DNA of 64,000 bases from an uncultured virus (IMG/VR IMGVR_UViG_3300005549_000001). Lineage: Duplodnaviria > Heunggongvirae > Uroviricota > Caudoviricetes. The first letter of the stretch is position 1. Every line of letters starts with the position of its first letter. Both the position numbers and the translations under genes were made by a program. Under the pieces are notes generated by a model. The model saw nothing but the letters and a program-made list of their open reading frames with translations. It was not told the origin of the DNA and did no database searches. The stretch lies in the IMG/VR virus record IMGVR_UViG_3300005549_000001, one strand, 5' to 3'. Positions 35,379 through 45,137 of the stretch are shown piece after piece.

Positions 35379-35555
35379 TTAATTCGACTCCTCTCGCCTC
35401 TTCTTCATAGCTTCTTGCAACACGTGGCCGACCGTGCCCGGCTCGAATGGTTCACGGCTCTTGCGAGCCTCCATGCACTCGGCGCACACGCAGCCGAGCT
35501 CGTGGCCCCTCTTGTTCTTGGTCGGGAACCCAAGCAGCTCGAGAAACTTCTTCAC
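35379..35555 (-). CDS. Small CxCxxC protein (not in the ORF track)
   Basis: GTGA-coupled MKKFLELLGFPTKNKRGHELGCVCAECMEARK... ending in TAA. Confidence 0.45.
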   Translation of the reverse strand: MKKFLELLGFPTKNKRGHELGCVCAECMEARKSREPFEPGTVGHVLQEAMKKRREESN

Positions 35556-36046
35556 CGCATCCTCCCGAGCTTCCAGAGTCCAATTCCCACAGCGTCCAAA
35601 ACGTTGTGGTCATAGTCCCTAGCGCGTGGCCTCTTGGGCAAGAGCTTCAGCTCGTCCGCGCTCAGCGCTGCGAGCACGCGCTTGTTGTGGATGTCCTTCG
35701 GCACCGTCCCCTTCCAGGTGCGAGGGTAGACGAGCTCGACATTTGCCTCGCGCTCCGCGAAGTGTCGCTTCAGCTCGCCAACCAGGACGGATAGATCAAG
35801 TAGGTCATTCGTGTCGACTCGGTGCTCTCGTGGATACCAGCGCGGCGCCTCGATGACGGCGATGCGCGGAGTATTCTCAGCGTGAAAGGGATAGTAGCCG
35901 GGCACCATCAAGTCTTCGGACGACCACTCGACCGTCGCATCAGCCAGGCGATCATTTGAGAACAGCGCCCAACCTAGATTTGCTCGACTTTTCCGCTGAC
36001 CGGGGTCAATGGCGAGAAGCTCAAATTTTCCATCCCAGTCGATCAC
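35552..36046 (-). CDS. RuvC-like Holliday junction resolvase
   Basis: LLAIDPG, AVIEAP, P.TWKG...K, LDAVGIG. AAGGAGG RBS and GTGA coupling. Confidence 0.75.
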   Translation of the reverse strand: MIDWDGKFELLAIDPGQRKSRANLGWALFSNDRLADATVEWSSEDLMVPGYYPFHAENTPRIAVIEAPRWYPREHRVDTNDLLDLSVLVGELKRHFAEREANVELVYPRTWKGTVPKDIHNKRVLAALSADELKLLPKRPRARDYDHNVLDAVGIGLWKLGRMR

Positions 36047-38034
36047 GCCGCCTCCTTGACCGAGAAGTCCCACGGCACGAGTCGGCCATCGACCCACACA
36101 GGTTTCGCACTCTTGCTCCACTTCCTGCAGAGCAGGGGCTCGGCGACGGGCGGCACGTCGGGCAGGAAAGGCTCGGCGCCGACGACCATGAGCCTCGCGA
36201 GCTCGACGGCCGCATCGTGCGCGCGCTCGTCGTCCGGAACTTCTACTACCAGCTCATCGTGGATGAAGTTCACGGGCCGGCAGCTGAAGAGCGGCGAGTG
36301 CACGTCGACGTAGCAGGCCTTCGCGACGAGAAAGCCCGCGGCCTTCGCAGCGTCCGCCGCCAAGCTCTGGAACATACCGTTGGCCGCCTCGGTGAACGTC
36401 ACGTCGCCGCGGTAGCGGTTCGAGAAGAGCTGCTTGATGGCGGGCATCGGCGCGTTGACCTGGGAGTTCACCCAGTCGAAGTAGGGATTCGCTTCGGGCC
36501 ACGCCTCGAACCAGAACTTCTTGAGCTCGTCCTCCTTCTCCGGCGTGAGCACGACGCCGTAGTTCTTCCGCGCGTAATCCATGTGTCGCACGGCTCCGAG
36601 CCCGCCGGGATATCCGAAATTGGCAGATTTTGACGCCTGCCTCGGGTAGTACACGCGACCGTGTGGGTCTTTCTTGTAGTCGGCGCGCGCCTCGTCGTAC
36701 GAGATACCAAGGATGCGGCACGCGAGCTCGATGTGCGGGTCGACGCCGGAGTTCAGCGCCTCGGCCATCTTCGAGTGACCGAGCACGATGAGGCAGACCT
36801 GCGCCCAGGTGCGGAGCTCAAAGCCGGAATAATCTGACACAGCGTAGACGCAGCCCGGGCGCGGGCGAAAGCACTCTCGCACGCCGACCTCCGTCGGCAA
36901 ATTTTGAACGTTGGGGGTCGACGCCGTCCTGCCCGTCGCGAGCAGAGACTCGTAGCGGACCTTGAGCGGCGTGCGCACCGCCTGCTCGAGCAGCGGCACG
37001 TCCGTCGAGAGAGTCTTCTTCAACGACGAGAGGTCGGCGTACTTCTCGAGCACCGGATCGCCCGAGCGCTCGCAGACGTCGGCGTCGGTCTTGGGCTTGC
37101 AGTTGCCCGTCTTGCCCCCGGTCGTCATCTCGAGGAAGGTCTTTGCTCGCGTACCATCCGGTCCAATGAAGATGGTCTTCACGGTTTTATGCTCGACGAC
37201 GCGCTGTCGCTCGAGAGACGATGCAAAAGTGCCGAGTTCGTCTTGAGCTCGCTTCACGTAGGCCGAGACGACTCTGTCCTGCACGGCCTTGATATCGCGC
37301 GTGCCGTCCTTCCTCATGAGCCCCGCGGTGACGAGCTCCTCGGCGATCGAGTCGTACTTCTTCTGCGTCTTGCGAGCGAACTCGCGCACGCCCTCGGGGT
37401 CGGCGATCATCCCCCAGCAGCTCATGAGCTGGAGCCAGAACGCGGCGCGCGTCTGCCGGAACTCGTCCTCGAGAAAGCGCGGGTCCTCCTCCTGACGCTG
37501 CCAGACGGCGAGCGTCGCCGCCGGGTCGGCGATTGCGTACTCCACCGCGTCATTCGGCCACCAGTCGATCGGCACGTCGCGGAGCTCGCCGAAGCGGAGC
37601 TGCCAGGAATCTTCGTCCGTCTTGGCCTTGTCGAGCTCAATGCCGCAGTTGCGCCGAGCGAGATCGGCGAGGCTGTAGTTGAGCTTCTCCGTCTTGCCGT
37701 CGACGCGCATGAAGCCGCGGTAGATGCCGAGCGCGATGTGGTTGAGCTTCTCGCGCACCTCAGTATCGGAGACGCGATCGGCCTCGTAGACCTCGAAGAT
37801 GAGGGGCAGCAGGTCGGGCCACTCGGCCGCGAACACGGAGAAGTCGTAGGCGACGTTGTCGCCGACGAGCAGCGCGTCATCCTCGAGCAACGCCTCAATG
37901 ACCGGCTTCGCCTCTGTGTGGTGAAAGAGGCGGCAGGTTTGAGGATCAGCGACGCCGACGCACACGAGCGGCGGCGCGAGCAGTCCCGGCTTGATCAGGT
38001 CCGTCTCACTGTCGAGGGCGGTTGCGTTCCTCAT
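36043..38034 (-). CDS. polA: Family A DNA polymerase with 3'-5' exonuclease
   Basis: ExoI DSET, ExoII N..YD, ExoIII YAIAD; TGR, NVQN, motif A DYSGFELR, motif B RQASKSANFG, motif C IHDE. Confidence 0.93.
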   Translation of the reverse strand: MRNATALDSETDLIKPGLLAPPLVCVGVADPQTCRLFHHTEAKPVIEALLEDDALLVGDNVAYDFSVFAAEWPDLLPLIFEVYEADRVSDTEVREKLNHIALGIYRGFMRVDGKTEKLNYSLADLARRNCGIELDKAKTDEDSWQLRFGELRDVPIDWWPNDAVEYAIADPAATLAVWQRQEEDPRFLEDEFRQTRAAFWLQLMSCWGMIADPEGVREFARKTQKKYDSIAEELVTAGLMRKDGTRDIKAVQDRVVSAYVKRAQDELGTFASSLERQRVVEHKTVKTIFIGPDGTRAKTFLEMTTGGKTGNCKPKTDADVCERSGDPVLEKYADLSSLKKTLSTDVPLLEQAVRTPLKVRYESLLATGRTASTPNVQNLPTEVGVRECFRPRPGCVYAVSDYSGFELRTWAQVCLIVLGHSKMAEALNSGVDPHIELACRILGISYDEARADYKKDPHGRVYYPRQASKSANFGYPGGLGAVRHMDYARKNYGVVLTPEKEDELKKFWFEAWPEANPYFDWVNSQVNAPMPAIKQLFSNRYRGDVTFTEAANGMFQSLAADAAKAAGFLVAKACYVDVHSPLFSCRPVNFIHDELVVEVPDDERAHDAAVELARLMVVGAEPFLPDVPPVAEPLLCRKWSKSAKPVWVDGRLVPWDFSVKEAA

Positions 38035-38234
38035 ATACGCACCCACCCGAGAGCGACCGTGAGCCAGCCGGCGAAGAGACCGAAGGCGAACGCGAGCATG
38101 CCCACGATGACGAACGACAACATCTTGCTTTCCTGCGAGTCGCACTGCGGACAAGACAGCACGCGCTCGAGAGTGCTGCCGCACTCGCACCGGGGCGGCG
38201 GGGGTCTCGGGACCTTATTCGGCGTGGGCCTCAC
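38031..38234 (-). CDS. Small zinc-ribbon membrane protein
   Basis: CECG..CPQC plus a C-terminal TM; coupled on both sides. Confidence 0.5.
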   Translation of the reverse strand: MRPTPNKVPRPPPPRCECGSTLERVLSCPQCDSQESKMLSFVIVGMLAFAFGLFAGWLTVALGWVRI

Positions 38235-38851
38235 GTCGACACACTCCCGAGCTCGCTGAACACGGCGCGAAACCTCTCGATGCCCTCCGGCTCGTAAGGC
38301 AGGTAGGCGATCACGTTGCCGTGCGTCGGAGCGGTGCCCGGCTTGCCGTTGCTCACGAACCGGATCCTCTTTTCCGGAACGCACAAGGGAAACTCGAGCA
38401 TGCCGGGCCACGCCCTCTCTCCCTGACTCGCCTGCAGGATGTCGATGCTGAAGCCGACGAAGACGGCCTCGTGCGCGTGCTGTTCGAGCCACTCTTCGAG
38501 GAGCTTGCGCCACCACGCCACGGCGCGACTCTTGGTCTTCCACCGCTCCGCCTCTTCGCCCCACTGCTCGGCTAGCTCCTTGGCCCCGGCCTCGGAGAGC
38601 TTCATCTTCTTGCGCTTCTTCTCCGTCATGATGAGGCTGCCGCCTGGCGGGTTGCAAAAGACTCGCCCATCCCAGTCGAAGCTGAGCCCGTCGTGAGGTG
38701 GCGCGTAGTACGTGATCGCCCGCACGATCTTGTTGGCCTCCTCACACGAGGCTGGATCGAGGTCGATCGTGCCGAGCACCTGGCGCGAGGGCTCCACGAT
38801 GTAGCCCGGCGTCTGATGGTCCTCGGACTCTGAGAGGTGCTGAGGGATCAC
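38231..38851 (-). CDS. Phage DNA N6-adenine methyltransferase (Dam-like)
   Basis: TP, IDLDPAS, DGL..W.G.VFCNPPG, RIRF. Confidence 0.75.
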   Translation of the reverse strand: MIPQHLSESEDHQTPGYIVEPSRQVLGTIDLDPASCEEANKIVRAITYYAPPHDGLSFDWDGRVFCNPPGGSLIMTEKKRKKMKLSEAGAKELAEQWGEEAERWKTKSRAVAWWRKLLEEWLEQHAHEAVFVGFSIDILQASQGERAWPGMLEFPLCVPEKRIRFVSNGKPGTAPTHGNVIAYLPYEPEGIERFRAVFSELGSVST

Positions 38852-39187
38852 GTCGGCTTCCTCGTGAACTGCTTGAGGCTCAGGCGCGCACCCTGGCGCT
38901 TGCGCGAGTCGCGCTCGACCTTCTCGAGGAAGTCATTCAGCTCGAAGGTGAGCGTCCTGATCAGCCAGAGGCTCGTGTACGCCTTCATCTGTGAGCCCAC
39001 TTCCCCACAGCCTCCGCCGAGCCCGGCGAAGCACCCGTGACCTTCACGTTCTTCGGCCAGTAAAATACATTTTCGTGCGAAGGAAACTCACACAAATCAA
39101 CGGAGCCGTCAGCGTGCACGTAGGTCACGATGGCCGCGTGCACGCTGAGCTCCGGCGTCGTGTAGAGCACCGTGTCCCCGAGCTTGA

Positions 39188-39397
39188 TCACAACAATCCT
39201 TTTTCCTCGGCCAGCCAGACGGGGATCGCGAGCTCGCCCGCGTCCCCCTTCTCGTTCACCTGGCTGTCCTCGCGGATCTGGCTCTTGGGGATCCACTCCT
39301 CGGCGCTGTTCTCGAAGACGCAGAGCAGCGCTCGGTCCGTTTCCGCCTTCACTTCGGTTACCTCAAAGTACGCAGTCTCGTACCTCTCGCTGCCCAT
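39188..39397 (-). CDS. Conserved small phage protein
   Basis: ETDRALL...WIPKSQI...IP.WLAEEKGL. Confidence 0.65.
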   Translation of the reverse strand: MGSERYETAYFEVTEVKAETDRALLCVFENSAEEWIPKSQIREDSQVNEKGDAGELAIPVWLAEEKGLL

Positions 39398-39400
39398 TGG

Positions 39401-39904
39401 CTACGCTGCCTCGTTGTACGGCGTGAAGTCGTACACGGTGAAGTCCGTGTCCTTCTTCGTCTTGCGCGTCCTCGTCGAGAGCCTGAGCCTCGTGCCGACG
39501 AAGTCGTTCGTGTCGGGCTTGTTGCAGGCCTCGTCGAGGAGCTCGGCGAGCACGGGCCTTCCGTTCGCCGGATTCTTCTTCGTCTGCAGCTCCTTGATCT
39601 CCGCCTTGTGGCTCTTCTCCATGCCGAGGCACGCCGCGACCCACTCGAGCACGGCGCCAAGCCCGATATCCAAGTCGTTCATGCCCTGGTACCAGCTCAT
39701 CTTGCTGCCGACGGGGTGCGCCTCGAGATTCGTCTTCTCGACCTCGAGCTCGACGATGAACGCGACTCCGCTGGCGCGCGTCTGCTTGTAGATGGTCTTC
39801 ACGACGCGCACGACTCCGTTGAAGTTCGGTTCGGCGAACCTGCCGCGGTCGTAGATGTTGGCGTGCTCGATGCCGTCCCAGACACTTCCCTGTGTTTGAA
39901 TCAT
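39401..39904 (-). CDS. Putative single-stranded DNA-binding protein
   Basis: OB-like strand pattern, strong RBS, position in the replication module. Confidence 0.45.
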   Translation of the reverse strand: MIQTQGSVWDGIEHANIYDRGRFAEPNFNGVVRVVKTIYKQTRASGVAFIVELEVEKTNLEAHPVGSKMSWYQGMNDLDIGLGAVLEWVAACLGMEKSHKAEIKELQTKKNPANGRPVLAELLDEACNKPDTNDFVGTRLRLSTRTRKTKKDTDFTVYDFTPYNEAA

Positions 39905-39955
39905 GACCCTTGCCTTCTTTTTGTTTTTGTTTTTGTTCTGCGCGGGCGAGCCCGC

Positions 39956-40804
39956 TCAGTCTTGGTCCTCGACGGCAAACCGCGCCGGAGGTGAAGAGTC
40001 CCGGGTGAGCAGCTGCGGCAGCGTGAAGCCGGCGGCGTTGCGGTGCCCTCCGCCGCCGTACTTCTTCGCAATCTCACTCACGTCTGCGCCGCCCTCGCCG
40101 CGCGAGCGGAGCGAGTACTGGAACGTGCCGTCAGACTTCTGAAACCAGCCGACCGCGAACGGCGCCTCCTCGGCGAGCAGGCCCGCGGTCACGCTCGCGA
40201 GCGTGTACTGGACGCAGACGAACGGTACATAGTAGCCCTCGAAGTGCACCCAGCGCGCAGTCTCCGCGGCCTTCTTCGCGCACATCGCCTCGAAGGCGAG
40301 CGCACCTCTCCCGAGCTCCTTTGCCGCGCCGAGACCCCTCTCGTTGAGCTCGGTCCACGCTCCCAAAGTCATGGGCGTGCACGCGACGCCGGCGTTGACC
40401 TCCTTGGAATGCGGCAACCTGAAGCGCCAGAGATCGCGATCCTCGACGTAGTTGACTAGCCACAGCCTCGTCTGATCAGAGAAAAAGTCCCACGCGAGGC
40501 CGGCTCCGCTGCGCTCCATGTCGAAGATCGCATACGGCAGGCCGCGCAACTCCGCCTCCGCCGTCTTGTGGTGGTCGAGCACCTTGAAGATCGCCGCAAC
40601 ACGAAACAGGCGCTGGCAAACCTCGCGCTTGAACGAGAAGTCGAGAACGTAGACCTCGCGGTCGCGCACTTCGTCGTCACTCGGAGGCTCGTCCGTGTAA
40701 TCCATGGGCCTGAGCTCCGCCTGGTGCAGGTGCCTGCTCGCCACCCACGCGGCCGTGAAGCCATCCGGGCAATTTTTGTGGAACACGATCAACGGCTTAC
40801 TCAT
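39956..40804 (-). CDS. DHH/DHHA1 phosphoesterase
   Basis: H..C.DG, LDFS, LDHH, SGAGLAW, DRDLW, SLRS, GGGGHRNAAGF. Confidence 0.9.
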   Translation of the reverse strand: MSKPLIVFHKNCPDGFTAAWVASRHLHQAELRPMDYTDEPPSDDEVRDREVYVLDFSFKREVCQRLFRVAAIFKVLDHHKTAEAELRGLPYAIFDMERSGAGLAWDFFSDQTRLWLVNYVEDRDLWRFRLPHSKEVNAGVACTPMTLGAWTELNERGLGAAKELGRGALAFEAMCAKKAAETARWVHFEGYYVPFVCVQYTLASVTAGLLAEEAPFAVGWFQKSDGTFQYSLRSRGEGGADVSEIAKKYGGGGHRNAAGFTLPQLLTRDSSPPARFAVEDQD

Positions 40805-42951
40805 GCTGCTCTCCTCCACCACTTGTCCCAGCGCGGCTGGCCCATCTTCTGCGCGAGCTCGTCGGCGCTCATGACGTTGAGCCCCGCGAGCAGGATCTTC
40901 TGCGGCGAGCCGCTCGTCTGCTCGACGTATCGGCAGTCACTCACGGCCTGCCACACTGAGCCGACGTGCTCGCAGCATGATGTCAGGACGTCGAAGCGGA
41001 CCTCGTCCGCCTCCTGCCCGTCGCGGTGCGTGCGACCGATGAGCTGCTCGGCCTGGAGGCCGTTCGCGGGAAACGCGGTCACCAGATTTCTGCACCACGC
41101 CTGCAGGTTCTTGCCGCGGTGGTTGCTGTCGAAGCTCGCGATCATCGGTCGGTCTGCGGGGTGGTCCTCGATGTACCTGCCGTCGGCGGTGCGCCCGCGC
41201 CGACCGTAGTACGGAAGATGCGCGTCTCGCGCGAGCCTCTCGCCGAACGGCACGTGGCTCACCCAGATGATCCCGGCGTTCTTCTCCGCCCACGCGGCGC
41301 AGTGGTCGATCATGAAGTCGTCGAGCCACACGGCGATGGTGTTCGGACGGAAGTCGTCCTGCACGCGCTGCCACTCGAGGAGTTCTTTTTGGTGAGGGTG
41401 CGCGTCGCGCACCTGGCTCTCGCTGTCGAGTGAGCGGCTGTGGCTCAGGATCTTGCGGCAGAACTTGTGCCATGCCTTGCGTGCCTTCATCCAATGTAGG
41501 GGCGCCCTAGAGCGTTCCCTGAAGGTACCGCACAGCTCTAGCCAAACGCTCAGAGCTATCCCCGAGAGTCGCAATTGCTCTGTTACAGGGAAGGCAAAGC
41601 AAGCCTCGTATACGGCCAGTTTCGTGGCAGTGGTCAACTGCGAGTCGTTTTTCTTTTGGGAGACGCCCGCAAAGCCAACAGAGCCCTCCAAATCTCCACC
41701 AAAGTTTTTCGTACTCTTCAATGGAAATGCCGTAGAGCATTTTGAGTCTCCACGCGCGCTTCTTTTCAGGATCTCGATTAGGGTTGCGAGCTCTGTCGTA
41801 GGCTCGAATTCTCTCGAGATTTTTTGCACGATATTCGCGATTACGCTCTCGCTTGCGCCGGATTTGGTCAGCTGTGTAAGTGCGCTGCTTAGAAGAGGTT
41901 TGCATTTTTCGGCCTCATCTTCATCAACCCAAATATAGAACAGGCCCATGCAAAGCTCGAGTGCGTGCGCCCGCATGCGAAGGCCATCAGCGAACGTGTG
42001 GCCATCAGGTGTTGCCCACTTGTCGCGCAGCGTCTCGAACGCCTCCTCGACGACGCGCGGCACCTGCGGAGAGACACCGTTGATCGTCAGCGTCGCGTCG
42101 CAGCCACTCTCGAAGCTCGCGACAACGCCCTCGGTCTCGATCATGCGCCGGCGGAAGGCCGAGCGCGCCGCGGCACGCGGATCGCTCTCCCAGAGCTTCA
42201 TCTCGTCCTCATTGCAGAGGACCTTCAGCGCCCCCGGCTCGGCGCGCTTGACCTGACCCTTTCTCTCATCGAGCGCATCGGCCCAGAACTCGAGATCGGT
42301 GTAGTTCCTCGGAACGAACGAGCGCTCCGACGGCAGACTCCAGTTGGCGAGGTGCGCGAAGTCGTGCAGAGACCGCTTGGTCAGCGTGCCGCTCATCACA
42401 ACCACGATCGTCTCGGGGTGATCGTGCATGAAGCGCCGCACGCGCCGCGTGACCGCGGCCTTCAGGTTGCTCACGCGGTGCGCTTCGTCGGTGATGATGC
42501 AATCGGGCAGGTACGCCTCGAGCGCGTCGGCAGCCTGCGCGCGACCGAGCCAGTCGTATGTCATCGTGCGCGAGTGCTCGGGCAGATCCCAGTGGCGCGA
42601 GAGCTCGCGCCGGTCGCGCTCGGTCTTCTCGGCGAGGTCTGCCGGGATGAGTAGGAGCGGCCGCGTCGCGAACAGCACGACGGGCGCGAGCAGCGACACG
42701 AGCGTCTTGCCGGAGCCGACGCGCAAGGGTCCGAACAAACCTTTGTGCAAACCGAGCTCGTAGAGGGCGAGGGCCTGCAGCGGTCGCAGGCGCATCTCGC
42801 CGCCTGGCGCGCGCAGGATCGAGGTCATCTCGTCGGCGAGCTCCTCGAGCTCGTCGGCGGACCACGTCCGACGCGGCATCTTCAGGATGCGGAAGAGCTC
42901 GTTCGAGAACGGGACCTCGACGGCGGCCTGGGAGGGGAAGAGCTCAGGCAC
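40801..42951 (-). CDS. SNF2-like SF2 helicase with an in-frame insertion of about 140 codons
   Basis: GSGKT, DEAH, SGT, G.NLQ, EQLIGRTHRDGQ. Likely GTG start 42951 (frame is open from 43026). Confidence 0.88.
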   Translation of the reverse strand: MPELFPSQAAVEVPFSNELFRILKMPRRTWSADELEELADEMTSILRAPGGEMRLRPLQALALYELGLHKGLFGPLRVGSGKTLVSLLAPVVLFATRPLLLIPADLAEKTERDRRELSRHWDLPEHSRTMTYDWLGRAQAADALEAYLPDCIITDEAHRVSNLKAAVTRRVRRFMHDHPETIVVVMSGTLTKRSLHDFAHLANWSLPSERSFVPRNYTDLEFWADALDERKGQVKRAEPGALKVLCNEDEMKLWESDPRAAARSAFRRRMIETEGVVASFESGCDATLTINGVSPQVPRVVEEAFETLRDKWATPDGHTFADGLRMRAHALELCMGLFYIWVDEDEAEKCKPLLSSALTQLTKSGASESVIANIVQKISREFEPTTELATLIEILKRSARGDSKCSTAFPLKSTKNFGGDLEGSVGFAGVSQKKNDSQLTTATKLAVYEACFAFPVTEQLRLSGIALSVWLELCGTFRERSRAPLHWMKARKAWHKFCRKILSHSRSLDSESQVRDAHPHQKELLEWQRVQDDFRPNTIAVWLDDFMIDHCAAWAEKNAGIIWVSHVPFGERLARDAHLPYYGRRGRTADGRYIEDHPADRPMIASFDSNHRGKNLQAWCRNLVTAFPANGLQAEQLIGRTHRDGQEADEVRFDVLTSCCEHVGSVWQAVSDCRYVEQTSGSPQKILLAGLNVMSADELAQKMGQPRWDKWWRRAA
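41507..41905 (-). mobile_element. Endonuclease VII-family homing endonuclease nested in another frame of the helicase gene
   Basis: YGISIEEY...CWLC...LAVDHCHETGRIRGLLCLPCN..I....D....L.RA..YL; own GAGG RBS; low GC. Confidence 0.9.
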
Positions 42952-43345
42952 GCCTTCGACGCTCCTTCTCGAGAGCAATTTGCAACCGCCATCGAGTTCT
43001 ATGAAATTCGTGCTGATGCATGTCATAAGGAGCCGTCGCAGCTGCGGCCAAAAAGGCGTCTTCCTCCAACAGAAAATCCCTTCTGTCTAAACCACCGTCG
43101 TGCAACATCTGAAGCAAACCGGAGAGCCTCAGAGAAGCAGAACCAGCTGAGCCTTTCGCACCACGTGGATACAAGAACATCATCGCGACAGTTGCTCGTT
43201 CGATGTGTGTGCCTTCAGACAGTGCCTTCTTGAAGAGCGCACGATGCTCGGGCTTCGCAATGAACGGCGTTATGTTTGAAAAATCCGCAAAGCCTAGAGC
43301 CTTCTTTGCGGCATCAACAAAGACTTCTGGATCGCACTTCGACAT
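42944..43345 (-). CDS. Hypothetical protein
   Basis: ATG 43345; AT-richer ORF. Confidence 0.45.
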   Translation of the reverse strand: MSKCDPEVFVDAAKKALGFADFSNITPFIAKPEHRALFKKALSEGTHIERATVAMMFLYPRGAKGSAGSASLRLSGLLQMLHDGGLDRRDFLLEEDAFLAAAATAPYDMHQHEFHRTRWRLQIALEKERRRRA

Positions 43346-43495
43346 CCAGTAGGTCACTTGCGCCGCCTCCTCTTCGTGCCGCTCACGACGGCGAGCACCT
43401 TGATCTTGCGCGCGCACTCGGGCGTGTGATGCGGGCACGGCATCGGGTAGCCGCACTCGAGCCTCGGGTTGTGCCGGTCGGGGCAGGGGCAGAAC

Positions 43496-43951
43496 TTAGG
43501 CACAGTCACCGTCTTCCGAGCCAGTTAGCTCGTACAAGAACTTGCGCGACATCTTCTTGTGCGCAGCTTGCAGAGTTCTCACTTCTCTCTCGTCGCGACA
43601 AAACCCTTCGTCAATCAAATGCTGCCCATCTTCCAACACGTTCGTGACGTCCTGCACGCTGAAGTGACCAACGTCTTCTTCGTTGTCGTAGTCACCAAGA
43701 AAAACCGTCAGTAGAGAGTTCTGTTTTTGATCGAACAACCACTGCACGTAGCGATCATCTTCGCGACCAAAACCAGACACGCTCAAGGGAGGCACAGCTA
43801 TCGCTGAGGATAGTTCACGGAAAAAATCAAAGACCCTTCGTACCTGACCATCGTCGCAGAGCGCTTCAGCACGTACACAATGAGGCTCTCCGCCGAACGC
43901 CAGGATGTGCCACTTGGTTGGGTGGCGCCAAGTGTGAAGATCTCTGTTCAC
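43496..43951 (-). CDS. Hypothetical protein
   Basis: GTGA-coupled; AT-richer ORF. Confidence 0.5.
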   Translation of the reverse strand: MNRDLHTWRHPTKWHILAFGGEPHCVRAEALCDDGQVRRVFDFFRELSSAIAVPPLSVSGFGREDDRYVQWLFDQKQNSLLTVFLGDYDNEEDVGHFSVQDVTNVLEDGQHLIDEGFCRDEREVRTLQAAHKKMSRKFLYELTGSEDGDCA

Positions 43952-44667
43952 GTCGACACCCTCGCCTCCTCAACAGCCTTTTCCAGCGCCACGACGTCGA
44001 ACGGCAGCGCCTTGGCGTCCTCGATCGCCATCCAGCGGCTCCACACAGTGCCGTTCCAGTGGAAGCCCGCGGCCTTGACCAGGTCCTTGTCCTTGTACGC
44101 CGTACGCGCGATGAACTCGGCCTTGGGGCGAGAGGCGCGCTGCAGCGCCAGGTGCAGCCGGTCCTCGGCGTCGTCGAGCCGCTCGAGAAGCCTCGAGAGC
44201 AGGAGGCAGTCGTTCACGGCACGGTGCGCGCTCGTGACCGCGACGCCGTGGGCTAGCGCGATGGCGACGAGCGAGCGGTACGCCGACGCGACGGGCCAGA
44301 CCATGTCCTCGAGCGTGCAAACGAAGGGCAGTCGCGAAAGCTCCGCAGCGCCCTCGTAGCGGGCAGCCTCACGCACGACGAACGCGCGGTCGAAGTCGGC
44401 CTGGTGGGCGAGGATGAGGTCGGCCTGCTGCGCGGCCTGCCCCGCGATGGTCCACGCGATCTCGGGCTCGGTGCCAAGCGCCCGCGCCGCCGGCGGGATC
44501 GCGTTGAAGGGCTCGGCGGCGTTGCCCTCGCCGAGCAGGAGGGCCGAGTAGCACTCGATGATCGTCCGCTGCTCGACGCTCCAGAGCACGTAGCCGAGCT
44601 CGACGACCTCGTCCTGGTCGCGGTCTAAGCCCGCCGTCTCCAAATCCACAATCATCACGGTCTTCAT
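43948..44667 (-). CDS. DnaQ-like (DEDDh) 3'-5' exonuclease
   Basis: VDLETAGL, AHQADFD, AHRAVND. Confidence 0.9.
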   Translation of the reverse strand: MKTVMIVDLETAGLDRDQDEVVELGYVLWSVEQRTIIECYSALLLGEGNAAEPFNAIPPAARALGTEPEIAWTIAGQAAQQADLILAHQADFDRAFVVREAARYEGAAELSRLPFVCTLEDMVWPVASAYRSLVAIALAHGVAVTSAHRAVNDCLLLSRLLERLDDAEDRLHLALQRASRPKAEFIARTAYKDKDLVKAAGFHWNGTVWSRWMAIEDAKALPFDVVALEKAVEEARVST

Positions 44668-45137
44668 TTTTGCACGCTCCAGAACATCCACAGCACGATC
44701 AAGACGAAGAGTGCGTAGGCGAGCTTCTCCGGATAGTCCTTCTTCACTCTGAATCCCTCTTCCTCTGCTCATTCCGAAGCCGCACGACGCTCGCGAGGTA
44801 GGCGTCGGCGGCGTCAAACTTGCCGTCGCGGATGAGCTTGAGCGTCTGCCCCATGGTCTCGACGCTGCAGTAGCCCGAGCGCACGAGCGCGTCGCCGACC
44901 TGCATTGCGTCGCGCATGACCTCGGGGCTCGGACGGCCGCGCGCCTTCCTCATGTCTCTTCTTCTCCTCGACCAATACGACGAAGCTCTAAAACAACCAG
45001 CATCTCTTCGCGTCGACGCTCGTCGTAGCCGTTTGACTCCCGAACGTACTGCTCGATCACGTCTGCTGCTCGCAAACAAACAGCTCGTTTGCAGAGCTGC
45101 CGCGCAGCGAGCTGCTCCGAGCTAAGTTGAACCTTCT

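Noticed and set aside
36043..38034. DpoZ / 2-aminoadenine genome
   Set aside because: No purZ or datZ is visible in the window, and the motif B variant alone is insufficient.
41490..41945. Group I intron or intein explanation for the helicase insertion
   Set aside because: There is no room for a ribozyme core outside the nuclease ORF. A Cys follows EK, but there is no His-Asn/Cys-Ser-Thr splice junction or HINT motif.
41520..41962. LELC occurring at both ends of the insertion as a target-site duplication
   Set aside because: The second copy is the off-frame reading of the conserved EndoVII LARAVRY motif and the DNA match is short, so it is probably coincidence.
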